A DNA stretch of 64,000 bases from Tubulanus polymorphus (taxonomy: Eukaryota > Animalia > Nemertea): assembly GCF_964204645.1 (NCBI RefSeq), contig NC_134027.1, positions 27,552,560 to 27,616,559 of the forward strand, written 5' to 3'. How positions within the stretch are numbered: the first letter of the stretch is position 1; every line of letters starts with the position of its first letter. A program made the position numbers and the translations under genes. This document shows positions 37,026 to 54,300 of the stretch, piece after piece. The notes under the pieces were generated by a model. The model was given only the letters and a program-made list of their open reading frames with translations. It was not told where the DNA came from and made no database searches.

Positions 37026-38516
37026 TCATGCGGGACACGTTCTTAAATAATCGGTATCGAAAAATATCACAGTAACAGTAATATCATCACGGAAATAACG
37101 TACGATATTACTAGGATATGATAACATAGCGGATAGTTTCCGATGTTCCAGTCCGTCCGAGGTTCCACCTAAAGCGTTACGGATTAGATGAGTCGCCGAA
37201 TTAGTATCGACCGGCCTCATTTCTAAACCCATCTTACGATTGATGAGTAATTTATTTAAATCATTTAAAGCGATTTTCTCTCCGCGCGGTAAAACGAACC
37301 GGTCGACGGTCTGTTTACCGAGCGTGTGTTCGCCGACCAGTTTAACCACTTTATCCGGCGTTAAAACGTCCCATAATCCGTCGCTAGCCAGAATTAGGAA
37401 CCGATCACGAGGTGTCAGTCGATGGTACGATATTTCTGGAACCGCGTTTAAATACGGCGGGGTGTAATAATTAGGAGGAATTAAATCCTTAGCGAACGGA
37501 GTATCGATGTATTTAATTACGTGTTTTAAATCATTCGTTCTCCATTTAAAACGAACATCTCCGAACGCTCGTAACGGGGCCAACTGACCCAACAATCGAT
37601 CGGTCTTTAATACGAAACTAGCCTCGTTCGGAGGATGATTCGCGAGGATTCGTTGTCTCTCCGACGCGTTATCGCAGTTATGTTCCTCGGAGAGTGACGT
37701 AGCGAACCAATCACCGGTGTCTTCATTAACCGATCCTAAAACGGCGCGACAATCACCGACGTTAGCGATATGAACGTGAGGTCCGTCGATGTGAGCGACG
37801 ACCGATACCGCGCCGGAAAACGCTACTTCCAACGATTCTATATTTAAATTACCCATCACTCCGGTCGGAAGAGCTTCCGTAGAAATATCGGCGTCCAATC
37901 GAACGCAAGCGTCTTCTAAAGCTTTACCGACCGTGAATTCTTCGTCTATATCGACGATAGACAGAGTTTCAGACGCGTATTTATATAAACTCTTCGCGTA
38001 TAAACTATTCATTCTCTGATTCACATAATCGTTTTCATATTTAAACCATTCTAAAATATCCATCGTTTCGTTGTTACGACAAGCTAGATCGTAACGCGAT
38101 AATAAATCAGGGGGTAGGAGAGAAACGGCGATATAACCGAATAAACGTTCCTTGACCGCTTGAGCGCAGGAACATCCTCCGTGACCGTCGAATACACCAA
38201 ATAACATACCGTTAGTTAGTGTACATTTAGCCTGAGCTCTACGATCCTCTAGAGGAGTATTAGCGTTCAGTTGATTAGACTCCGTATAACGCACTGAATT
38301 CGACTGATAATCAAACGATCCTTCGTTCGCTCGTAAAATCCCCGTCACTTGTTGCGGCGTTAATTTCGGTAATCCGTAACCGTAGTTTCCAACAGTTCGA
38401 TGGAATTTTCTCGCAATCTGCAGCCCCGGCAGGATTCTGACGGATGTGGTCAGTTTGACGAGACGAACAGTTCTCCTCACAGACGAGTGGATTCCATAGA
38501 TGGACTGCACGTTCAT
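37026..38516 (-). CDS. PDP1: Pyruvate dehydrogenase phosphatase catalytic subunit (PP2C/PPM family), single coding exon
   Basis: 496-aa ORF with SNQL.AN.PLEDRR, FGVFDGHGG..CAQ, ANVGDCRAVLG, DRLLGQLAPLRAFGD, YYTPPYL.A.PE, FLILASDGLWD, N.ATHLIRNALG, RDDITVTVIFFD. It is the PDP1/PDP2 co-ortholog. A non-coding exon upstream has donor GTGAG at ~38896. Confidence 0.95.
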   Translation of the reverse strand: MNVQSIYGIHSSVRRTVRLVKLTTSVRILPGLQIARKFHRTVGNYGYGLPKLTPQQVTGILRANEGSFDYQSNSVRYTESNQLNANTPLEDRRAQAKCTLTNGMLFGVFDGHGGCSCAQAVKERLFGYIAVSLLPPDLLSRYDLACRNNETMDILEWFKYENDYVNQRMNSLYAKSLYKYASETLSIVDIDEEFTVGKALEDACVRLDADISTEALPTGVMGNLNIESLEVAFSGAVSVVAHIDGPHVHIANVGDCRAVLGSVNEDTGDWFATSLSEEHNCDNASERQRILANHPPNEASFVLKTDRLLGQLAPLRAFGDVRFKWRTNDLKHVIKYIDTPFAKDLIPPNYYTPPYLNAVPEISYHRLTPRDRFLILASDGLWDVLTPDKVVKLVGEHTLGKQTVDRFVLPRGEKIALNDLNKLLINRKMGLEMRPVDTNSATHLIRNALGGTSDGLEHRKLSAMLSYPSNIVRYFRDDITVTVIFFDTDYLRTCPA

Positions 38517-39497
38517 TATTGCAGCAGCAGCAGCAGTAGCAGCAGCAAGTGGGAGTGCTCACAATTTACTGCAAAACAAGAAGTAAAAAGACATTTGCAA
38601 GAAATTCAGGATTTTCAAAATTACCCAAAACTAAAAATAGAGAAAAGGGGAAGAATGATTTACATTTAAGTAAAACGCCTAAATAATGAAACTGAACTAA
38701 TTAGGCCTAATTGTATTTGTATTTATTTGTTGACAGTTTGTACACATAAAGAGTACACAGTACAGTTCTCAGACGACACGACAAACAGACAGACAGACAA
38801 CCAACCAGAGAACAGTGAGCAGTCAGGCTGCTGCTTGCTGTGAGTGTGAGTGGTGAAAAAATTGAAATGAACTCGTTAAATTAAAGCGCTCCTCACCTTT
38901 TTTACACGAAACCCTCTTTTTACTTTTCCGTGGTTGATCGTTTAAACACCCATCATTTCACAGGTTTTATGTCAGAATTCAGTTTTTACTACATGCTTCA
39001 TTCAACCACTAAAACAGACTCATCCAACTGTGACCGAGACACTGGAAATCCCGTCGATCCCCAAATGACGTCACTCGTAGTGGTAAAGTAGAAAATATGG
39101 ATCAGGATAGAATTCGATTGCCAGAGTCGGCTCATGTTAGTGTTTGAAAAATCCGTCAACAATGAGCATAGCGGCAGCACCTCACGGTAAACTGAGATAG
39201 CATGTATCGATTGCCAGAGTCGGTTCCGCGTTGCGCTTAAAAACTAGTGTTAATATGTTTCTATGCTTTATATCTTGGTTAACACTTGTATTAACTACAA
39301 TGGATTGTTCATTTAACCCCGAGACGGAACCACGGTCTTTGATGCACTCAAAAACAGGATAACATTTTGTCAGATAAATCATTGTAAATCACCAAAATAT
39401 ATATATTTATTCACATAGTTTAAAGCCACCAATAATCAGAACACCAATAAGATGCGAATACTGAAATTATAGTTATTAGGAAATGTCAAATTCAAAT

Positions 39498-44280
<4,783 letters not shown>

Positions 44281-44590
44281 TTTATTTCTAGCACAGTGCT
44301 TTCATCTATCGGCGATGATAACTCGCGTGCCAGTGTATGTGATATCGAGCAGAAAGAGCTGAGAGTTGTGTAACCAGTTTTCATTTAGTATTGCGGCTTA
44401 TGGTGCAATTTTTCTTAGGTATAAATGTTAGTGTTGTATGAAGTTTTTCTTATGTGAATGAAAGAGGCCATGAGCGGCGATCAAAGTAAATCATAAATCA
44501 TGTTTAATCAATCAAAAACATCGTATCAATTACCAGATTACTTATCAGTAAGATATTGCTATTTGTAGGATCAGGACGATATGGAATAGA

Positions 44591-47244
44591 ATGAACTTCG
44601 GTAGATATTTATCACGATCAGCAGCGAGTTGTAAGAAGGTGCTTCGTCAATATTCAACTCCTCCGAGTCAACTGCAAAAAATGGCTTACAGACGCATGAT
44701 GGAAGAACTAAGTCAGTTTTACCCCCTCTAGTTTTTAGATTTTTTGTTTGACCGCTATTTACTATGATGAGGAGGCTCGGTTGTACTGAGTCAGTGTACA
44801 GCTAATCCAACAACTTCAGCCTAGTCTTAGATTTCAGACCATTTCTTCACAAGTCATGACTTTAAGTGCAACTGGGCCAAAATGTCTAGGCAACAATGAT
44901 ATTCCCTAAATAAACTGTTAGGTTTGATACTGCTGCAGGTATCATAGAACTTACTCAAACCTAATTGTTGGTGGTAAGCTTTTATAATGGGATGGGCTTA
45001 TACTAATTTTATATGATTTGTGAAAATATCCGACCGTGAAATTAAACCACAGACAGGTTACTGACTAAAACTAAGGCATCTGCTGCGAAATCGTAGTCAA
45101 GCTTAGGTTATCTTACAATTTTAACCCTGAGAACAAAATTCGAATTATTTGTTCAAGTTTTATTTAGTTTTATCACAAAATGTCATTTTGAACTTTCAGA
45201 AAAGTTGACAGGTTGGAACACAAATGAGAGACTGACAGTAAGTTTCATTTATTCAACAGACATTTGTGATATTACACTTAGATAGAGAAATTAATTTTTA
45301 CTGATGTTTAATTTTTGTGACAGGTTTGCGTGGAAGGGAACATCGCCAGCGGAAAAACAACGTTACTCGAATATTTTCAAAACGATTCTCGCTGCGAAAT
45401 GGTCGTCGAACCGATGAAAAAATGGAGAAATATTCGCGGCAAAAATGCACTTGTAAATAATAGAAAATTACAGTAAAAGTTGTTTATAATCAATGCCTCC
45501 TCTGTTTGAGACCGGCGTTATGTCAATGCCTCCTCTGTTTGAGACCGGCGTTATGTCAATGCCTCCTCTGTTTGAGACCGGCGTTATGGCAAATTTGGCG
45601 TCAGAAAATATGGTATTTCCTGGAAATCCATTGAATTTGAGCGTGATTGGGCAAATTTGTTTTTTGTAAAATGTGGGTATTTAGAGAACAGTTGCACGGT
45701 TATAACGGACTTTTACTGTAGAGAGCTTTACTATTTTGTGATGAAGTTTCGACGTGTGAATTTCTGCTGTGATATTAATGAAAGTCGTATTGTTATTGAT
45801 ATTTCAGGCTTTAATGTATGAAGACCCCTATAGATGGTCATTAACATTTCAAACCTATGTACAGTTAACAATGTTACAAGCTCACAAACAACCTCACGTA
45901 AGTTGTACTTTAGGAGCCAGTCGTCCACCAGTCAAGGCTTGGATTTGAAGACCAGTCTAAGACCAAATAAGTTCTGTAGTCAATCTTACAAACAATTTAA
46001 GACCAGTCTCAAGATCTAAGAACACTTTTGGACTTGCAAATGGCCCCTGGGTCGGTTCCATAGTTGAGACTTAAGTCCAAAAGTGGTCTTAAATCTTAAG
46101 ACTGGTCTTAAGCTGTCAGATTAGCGATATAACTAAAAGAGTCTTAGCCCAGTCTTAAGTCTAAGTCATGACTATGGAACCGGTCCCGGGCCTATTGCCA
46201 AGTCATGGTTTCAATTTAAGACCAGTCTTAAACCAGACAAGCCCGATGTAAGACAACTTATTCAACTCACGACTAGCACCTGCTGTCTTTAGATCCTGAA
46301 GATTGTTGATTATCTGAACAATTTGTTAATTTCACTGTTTTTAAAATACTGATTTGCAATTTCAGACAAAACCTGTTAAACTGATGGAAAGATCGATTTA
46401 CAGCGCAAAATATTGTTTTGTAGAGAATTTATATCGAAAGTAAGTTCTTCATTGTATAATTATCAGGTATTTTTAATGATGATTGATGAAAATACTGATG
46501 AAATTTATTAATTGATTTCAGTAAAATAATGCCAGAAATAGAGTATATTGTTTTATCGGAATGGTTTGATTATATTCTGGAAACGAGTAAAATTGAATGT
46601 GATCTGATTGGTAAGTTTTATACATTGTAAACTATTATTATGTGAATTGATGTTTTGTAGTTAATACTTTGTAAACTAATGTTTTGTAGTTTATCTTCGA
46701 ACTAAACCTGAAGTTGTTTATGAGAGAATTAAGAAGAGAGGTCGACTGGAGGAACAATCTGTATCTGTTGTAAGTACATACGTACCGAGTGACCTTTAAC
46801 CCCAATTGTTTCACTTTCATCATGAATCGACTCTATTTCTATTTCAGGAATATCTGCAAACTTTACACGAGCTGCATGAAGATTGGTTAGTTAGGAAGAA
46901 ATTTCCTGTACCGTCTAAAGTTCTGGTGAGCTACCAATCAATCTAGACCCAGTTCCACGGTTCTAGACCCAGTTCCACAGTTCTGGCTCCTGAGTAACAT
47001 GACCCCTGACCGGTACCCCATGACCCCTGACCGGTACCGCATGACCCCTGACCAGTAGTGAACTAATTAGAATTGAGAGATGAACTGTAGAACTGCTAGA
47101 TTGTATTTGTTAAATGTTTTCGATAGTAACTGATGTGTGTTTATATTTGAACAGGTTATTGAAGCTGATAAATGTTTACCGGACATGACGCAGGTTTACG
47201 AGGAATATCGCTCTCAAATATTACAATCATCAAAATCTGGATGA
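44591..47244 (+). CDS. TK2: Thymidine kinase 2 / deoxynucleoside kinase, mitochondrial type, multi-exon
   Basis: ATG at 44591, [22 protein letters not shown] (presequence-like); [94 protein letters not shown] at 47242-47244. The gene is absent from the ORF track because its exons are short. Confidence 0.93.
45916..46235. mobile_element. Cluster of 2-3 adjacent 'gacttaagacc' palindromic MITEs in a TK2 intron
   Basis: For example ggtcggttccatagt...actatggaaccggtcc (46050-46190), homologous to 61885-62016, 6105-6235 and 60963-61030. Confidence 0.75.
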
Positions 47245-47734
47245 AATTTAATCTGCAGTTATCTCAAATTCATTTATCATCGGTTTTATTTTACTTTTTG
47301 TCAATTGTTTGATAGTAATTGAATCTAGGAGTAAAGTAGGTCAACTAAAGGAGAAAGTCTTATTCATTGCATTTAAACTATTGTTGTATGAATGTGGTTT
47401 TAGATGTGTTTTATATAGTCTGCCTCTGAGAAGAATCATGTTTCAGTGTAATAAAGTTTTTCTTAAGAAATTTATTTGTGTCAATCGTTTTCTTTGGTCT
47501 ACAGTGGAGGACTGGGGCGTGAGGTCCGAATTATTTACCATTTATACTTGCGAGGAGGATATCGTGTATTAATTGAATCGACAGAAACGAATCATTACAG
47601 ATAGGTTGCTGGGTGTATTTGATACAGCTACACCATAACAATTTTGTTAAAATCATATGCTACAATACTATTAGCCCCTGCTGACCTCAAACTGTGATCA
47701 TTTCCACTAAATCAATCTATTTGAAGTGTTTAAA

Positions 47735-50700
47735 ATGTATGGAACGATGAGACATCTGATATACAGTAGTTTTAAACTACAAACTACATCTACTAGAATT
47801 CTACTACACAGAAATTCTATTATTAATATAAACAGCTCTATTAGGTATGTATTGAGAGTTTGCTTGTAGTTGTACATGTATTTATTTACTATAGATGCTG
47901 GTAGGTAAGTAGTCTCAGCTAGTGGTATCTACTAGTTGTTTCCCAAACTGGGAACTGTAACAATGTCTGGTAGTACTAAAGTTGGTAAGTATTACTCTTA
48001 TCTTCATCTGCCAATATGCTCGTTAAATAACTCATATTTGTTAACTCTATATCATTATTAGAATGCTGCTAAGTACCTCTTCAAAGCGTGAAGCTGAATA
48101 TTACCGAGGAGCAGTTTGCACAAATCTAGGAGCACCGTTAGAAATTCAGTCATTGCCGTCAAAATCACTGAAAAATGATGAGGTAAAAATACACAGGGAC
48201 TTGTCACAATTGATAGTGAATGAATATAACCGGTATCAATAACAACCGCAGTATCAATGACCGACCCCAGTATCCCTTTATTATACAGGGATACTGGGGT
48301 TGGTCATTGATACTGGGGTTGGTCATTGATACTGGGGTTGGTCATTGATACCGGGGTTGGTCATTGATACCGGGGTTGGTCATTGATACTGGAGTTGGTC
48401 ATTGATACTGGTTATATTCATTCACTATCAATTGTGACAAGTATAAAATATAATTGTTTGAGTAAGAATTTCCAGGTTGATTTAAAGCTATGTCTAATCA
48501 TTGAAAGTTATTTATTCCACAGGTCAAGGTGTCGGTTCATTTCACTGGTATCAACTTTGCAGATGTTTTAATGTTGTCTGGGAAATACCAACAAAAACCA
48601 CCTTTACCATTTGTGGCAGGTATTTAAATTCAGTCATACCTACTCGGTATCGGTATTGTACCTTTATGTGTCAGGTAGTTTTCAAATATGTAACATTTCT
48701 TTATTAACAGGATTAGAGATAGCTGGACTGATAAAAGAAGTTGGTAAAGATGTAACTAAATTCAAACCTGGACAGCGAGTTCTTGGTCTCTCCGGTATCG
48801 GTGGTTTCGCCGAGGAATGCATCGTCAAACCTGAAGTAAGAACAAAGATTATTGAATTAATTAATTCTGTACAATAAAGAAATAAAATATCTTAATGATT
48901 ATATTCTGAATATTTCAGCAATTGTTTGAAATGCCGGATTCAATGGATTATAAAACTGGATCAGCTCTAGCCGTGTCATATGGAACTGCTTGGATGGCTT
49001 TACATAAAAAAGCTGCAATCCGTGAAAGGTATCAACATGAAACACTGTATTTCACTTTAAGTATCTGAAAGGAGTTCTTGTAAATGGAATTGTTTATATT
49101 TGTAGCGATACTGTTCTAGTCACTGCCGGCGCAGGAGCTTTCGGATCAGCGACTCTTGATTTGGCTAAACATTCATTCAGTGCTACAGTAAGCTACATAC
49201 AATCTTCATGTATTATAGATACCATTTTAGGTTATCAGGACAATTGCCCCCCCCCCCCGGACAATTGCCCCCCAAATTAAATCATTTTAATCTTAAAGTA
49301 ACACAGATATTTACTTCAAATTAGTTAGACAAAGTGAACTAATTCTAGCTAATTACTCTAAGACTGCTTTAAAGTTTTTGATTGGCTAAAGTAACACTAA
49401 ACTAATTCCAATAAATCAGTAAAGTATTTAGGTGGTGTTAATCCAAATCAAAAAGGATTTTATTCGGGGGGCAATTGTCCTAGAATCCATTTTAGAGGTT
49501 TCAACTGTTCAGTTATAAGATTTACCTAAATGAACTATACATGTATTTGAATTATTAGTCAAACAAACCTGACAATCGCGGAACTGGGTCAGTCCTACAA
49601 TAGTGACTCTAATAGAGTTGGAAATCGACCCTAATGAACAAATGGACAACTGTTGAACTGGATCCTGTAACGGTCTATTCAACGCTCAATCGATATAAGA
49701 TAATTCATAGATGACTGAAATGAATCAATGAAGAAATTAAATTCTGTGTAATCACATGAAGTCTGATGTTTGATGATTGTAGACGATCGGAGCATGTGGC
49801 GGACAAGAGAAATCATCATTGTTACGATCGCGAGGAGTTGATCATGTGATCGATTATAACGTCGAGGATATCGTTGAAGTAGTTAATGACATCACTAATA
49901 AACGAGGAGCTGATGTGATTATAGACGCAGTTGGGGGAGATACGTTTAAAAAATGTCTACGAAGGTAATAATGAAACTCGGTTCAACTCATAGATTCTAT
50001 TCTATTATTTTATTTTTCCATTTTGAATTATAATTATCGTACCAAGTAATACAAATACAAAAATTCAAGATGGAGGGAAACATGAATATGATATTCATGC
50101 CACCCTCGTACACCCAATCACACTTTCTTTCACACTACATTCACACTGAGAATCATACCTACAGGGCCCAGTTCCACGGTTGTGAGTTCAGATTTGACTC
50201 GTTGAAAATGAACTAATTTTAACTCAGAGTTAACACTAACTCAGAACTGTGGAACTGGATCCTGATGCATCTATTTGATTAACATGTATGTTGTATCTGT
50301 TTTGCAGTATTGGATTTGAAGGACGTATCGTCGTTATTGGATTTGCTAGTGGTGAAATACCACGAATTCCTGCTCAAGTTTTATTACTCAATTCATGCTC
50401 AGTTATAGGACTGTATTGGGGAGATTATATTGTAAAAGATTTATCAGCATTCAGGCAATCGGTTAATGCTGTTATTGATCTGTATCGTGAAGGCTCAATT
50501 TCTCCTCTTGTCTCGACTGTTTTCTCGTTGGATGAGGTTTGTTCTCTTTTTTATTCAACCTTTAGAAGCTTAACTAGAGTCCTGTCAAACTAAGAGGCAG
50601 GTTTTGATTGGTCTCCACCAAATCCGGAATGCTCTTGTATGTTTTGTTTGGATTAGAATACGCTTGTCCTGATCAGCATTATCTTTACACCGGAAAGAAG

Positions 50701-51157
50701 CAGTCGGTAGAAAGTCTGCAATCCGGAAATGAGATTCCTAAATCATTATGTAAAATCGAAACCTGCCTAAATTATCATTTAACTTGAACACAAAAAAACC
50801 ATTGCAATTGAATATCAAATAATCAACCACTGAATTCACACATAAATAACTGGTCATTAACCCGCTGCGGGGCATTTGTAAGCGGGTTCGATGTTTCTTT
50901 TTCCCGATGGAGGAAAGACCAACGAAGAAGCTTCGACCAAGAAACTCTATCGCCACCTAGGTTTGAACCCATAAACCCTGGATTGACGAGACCAGTGACC
51001 AATGGCTTGAACCACTCGGCCACTGCGCCTCTCTTAGTAACTGGTCCTAGTCCACGGTTTCACTTTTTTTAATGATTTTTTTTTTCAGGTGAACGAAGCG
51101 TTTCATCACATCCACAATCGAAAATCAACAGGAAAAGTAGTGCTGAAGATTCAGTAA
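47735..51157 (+). CDS. Quinone oxidoreductase-like protein (MDR/zeta-crystallin superfamily, QOR-like 2 type) with an N-terminal presequence-like extension
   Basis: Exons give YRGAVCT.LG.PL, VHFTGINFADV....GKYQ.KPP.PF..GLEIAG, GGFAEE, VSYGTAWMAL...A, VLVTAGAGAFG.A..DLA, GADVIIDAVGG, EGRIVVIGFASG.IP, RKSTGKVVL. TAA at 51155-51157. Confidence 0.88.
48199..48442. mobile_element. Foldback element with asymmetric internal 19-bp tandem repeats
   Basis: Arms acttgtcacaattgatagtgaatgaatata / tatattcattcactatcaattgtgacaagt. The unit gatactggggttggtcatt occurs ~6 times in the right arm and ~2 times (inverted) in the left arm, around a 9-nt loop. Confidence 0.85.
49230..49488. mobile_element. MITE with AGGACAATTGCCCC TIRs and a flanking direct repeat (C)ATTTTA(G)
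   Basis: ccattttag|gttatcaggacaattgcccc ... ggggcaattgtcctagaatc|cattttag. TSD length is ambiguous (6-9 bp). Confidence 0.75.
50164..50263. mobile_element. 'ccagttccacag' palindromic MITE
   Basis: ccagttccacggttgtgagtt...aactcagaactgtggaactgg. Confidence 0.78.
50830..51033 (-). mobile_element. tRNA-derived SINE (head plus ~130-nt body)
   Basis: Minus strand GGCGCAGTGGCCGAGTGGTTCAAG...GGGTTCAAACCT followed by a non-tRNA body. There is no proper acceptor stem or anticodon arm. A second head is at 43017-43093. Confidence 0.75.
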
Positions 51158-51314
51158 ATTGTCAGTCCCTCGGAGAATTAAGAATGTCATCCGTGGCCTC
51201 CTCCTGATAAAACGTCACAGAATACAACTTTTTATATTTACTACAAGCATTAAAATCATTTATTTATAATATTTATATCATAAAACAAATAAACTGTTAA
51301 ATACATGTTTGAAT

Positions 51315-54300
51315 TTAACTTTTATTCTTCTTTTTCTTCTTTTTCCTCTTACTCGCAGACGTCTGATCGTCTGTGAATATATCGTCTAACATTTTACGTT
51401 TTTTATTCTCTTCTCGTTGAAGTTGTTCCCATTTTTGTCGATTCGCGAGAAAAACGTCGCATTTCGTTTTATTAAAAATCAATCGACCGAAGAACGATGT
51501 TTTCAGTTGAGAGCTGCTGCCTTTACTCAATAATTCAACTATTCGTGTTTTCTGTTGTAAAGTCGCGTTGTTCCACAAAGCGTCGATCACTCGACTTCCA
51601 AATTTATCTACAGCCATACTAGCATACAGGCTCTATTCGAAATATAAATAGTTCAATCAGTCAATTTACGTGTGATTTAAAACAAACTACAATAAATTCG
51701 AATCTGAAAAACTCCAGACTTCATCCTAACTCTGACAAATACAACTATTTAACCAGGATTGCTACTGATATTAGACTCTGAATTATACTCAACACTAGAC
51801 CTCCCTTCAATAACTGTCAACCCCTGTTATACTGCCCTCCAATATCAGTGGTATATCAGGGATTGACTGTAGTTCATCAGTTACAGTTTTAATGAATGAT
51901 CAATCAACTCACCTCAAGTTTTTTAAACATTTTGTCCTTAGAAGATCTCGAAATAGTTGAACTGGAGAAGAACGCATCGAATACGTGGGAACCTTTAGCA
52001 TCGCATGATAAGGTCTTCAAATCAACCGGTTTCATATCGAGGAAACTATCGACAACTGATTGTGGATTAGAGAACTGTAACAGTTTCTGTACAATTAACG
52101 CTCCTTGTAGATTAATCACTCGCAGTAAAGGAGCAGCTGGTGGTATATCATCCTGTAATAACAAACAATCGATAAAACATAAAATACTTGACTCTTCTTA
52201 ATTCAGGTATCAGTGGAAAAGTTCTGTTATTTACCTTTGATTGTGTGTCTTTTTGTTCCTCCTCCATTTTGTAAAATGTTTCAAACGTTTGAAGTGACGC
52301 GATCAATGGTAGAATTTTAACTTGTCTTTCCGCCGGTTCGTAACAGTGAAATACCTTCAGAAGTGCCTTAATCAAACAACAATAATCGTGATAACATCTG
52401 TTTCAGGAGAATATAGACATCAGGTAATATGACGTCTGCAGCTTACTCTGAGAATCTTATCTTCGTTACAATGAAGTCTTGTACAAGCTGCTGTCAGTTG
52501 TAAGATGACCCCCGTATGACCTTGACTCATTATATCTTCTATATGTTTTTTCAATTTCTTCATCATATCGGAAAGCTATAAACATGAAACTACAAATAAT
52601 AAATTCCTTTTCACTAAAACATTTCACACTTTGTCCCGAGAATCGTACCTGACTAGAATCAACTCTTGTGAGGATTTTTTGTAAAATGAAGTTTGCAGTT
52701 GGACAAGTCGCCATTTCAAGAACCTTTTCCTGTATATATAGCTTGATTAGATGATTAAACTGTTTGGTGTTTGTTAAATCTATGAGTAGTTTCTCGATGA
52801 GGAATGAAGCTGTATTGTGACTGAATACTTCCGGTAATCTGAAATACAACAACAGAATGACTGTTTGATAACGTTTATTAACTAAACCAGTCATCAATCG
52901 GATCTTCACCTCCTCCCGGATTCTGGGGCAGTCGCAGCTGAGATAAGTAATAGGATGAACATTTTCTAAACATTGTCCAGGATACGAGATAATATGAGAC
53001 AATCATCTCTGGGATAAATACATTCATCCATTTGTAATATATTGTTCGGGGGAAGCACCTGATAATCGGGGCACCCGATAATCTGAAGCAATCATCTCCA
53101 AGGAATCTGGTAGCTTGATATACGTACGTGATGGTGTAATCACTAGTGATTTTAATAGTTCGAGTTTGTGTAAATAATTCTGGAAGTTCCAACACAAATT
53201 CCACGGTTTCTTCACATTTATCCGGTAAATATTTCTTCAATACGAGTAAAATTGTTTGTAATACTGGATTTCCGGGCATGTTGAATACATAACCTAAAAA
53301 ACAATACAGTCAAACATCAAGGAACAACCAGAGGCAGGGGTTAGGGTTATCAGGGGTAGGGTACTAGAGCGCACCGGTTAGGGTTTTCAGGGGTAGGGTA
53401 CTAGAGCGCACCGGTTAGGGTTTTCAGGGGTAGGGTACTACAGCGCACCGGTTAGGGTACTAGGGGCTACGTACTTTTAACATTACGAATATTGTTCTTG
53501 TTGAATATAGCATCGACGTATCGCAAAAACATGTCCTTGAATAAAGGTCGAATCTCGCCGAGTTCAAGGTCGGATTGTACGATGGCGCCACCTACAAATA
53601 AATCAATCATTCGATCGAGAGGGAAATTCTGCAGTAGATATCCGATCAAAGAAAAGGATTTGCATTGTACCTGATTTTTTGAATCTGGAGTTATCTCTGT
53701 TGAGTTGTTGACTGACTTGTGCACCTCCTAATATCTGTATGATACTCCTGACAATGTGTACGGAATGAGTATTACGTATATAAACATCTAGATCAGCGAG
53801 AATCAGTTGACCGAACGTTAAAACCTGATGTTCCAGGTTCGTAATCGCTTCTAAACTAACTTCAGATTCCGGCTTCATAAAATGCACGAATAACGAATCG
53901 ATGAGAGTTTGTAGAACGTGACAACCGGCCATGTCAGTCGCTAGGTCACCGATATCGGTTTCAATCGCCGCCCAGAACCGAGTCGAGTGCGTCTCGTTCG
54001 CTGACTTCAACATCGTTTCAACAACGCGACTGACAGTTTGACTTTTAGATATCGCGGCAGCTTCTGAACTCATCTGAGTGAATACATTATCTAAAAACAG
54101 TTCTACAAAATAAACACAGAAATACAAGTTAGTATTATACTGATGAAAAAGAGACAGTTGAAGTGACCAAGGCTAAGGAATCATTAAATCACAGGGATAT
54201 ACGTATTTGAAGTTTGGGGGGTGAACTGTAGCTTATATCATCCAGTATTAAACCCCATAAAAACCTCGTTACAACCAACTCAGATACAACTATTCATCAG

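Noticed and set aside
37026-38516. Horizontal transfer or retrocopy origin of intronless PDP
   Set aside because: A single coding exon is the usual structure of animal PDP genes, and a 5'UTR intron is present.
47894-47990. Alternative first exon of the QOR-like gene (ATG TCT GGT AGT ACT AAA GTT G|GTAAGT)
   Set aside because: The phase-1 donor is incompatible with the phase-2 acceptor at 48061 and gives an immediate stop; it cannot be supported without transcripts.
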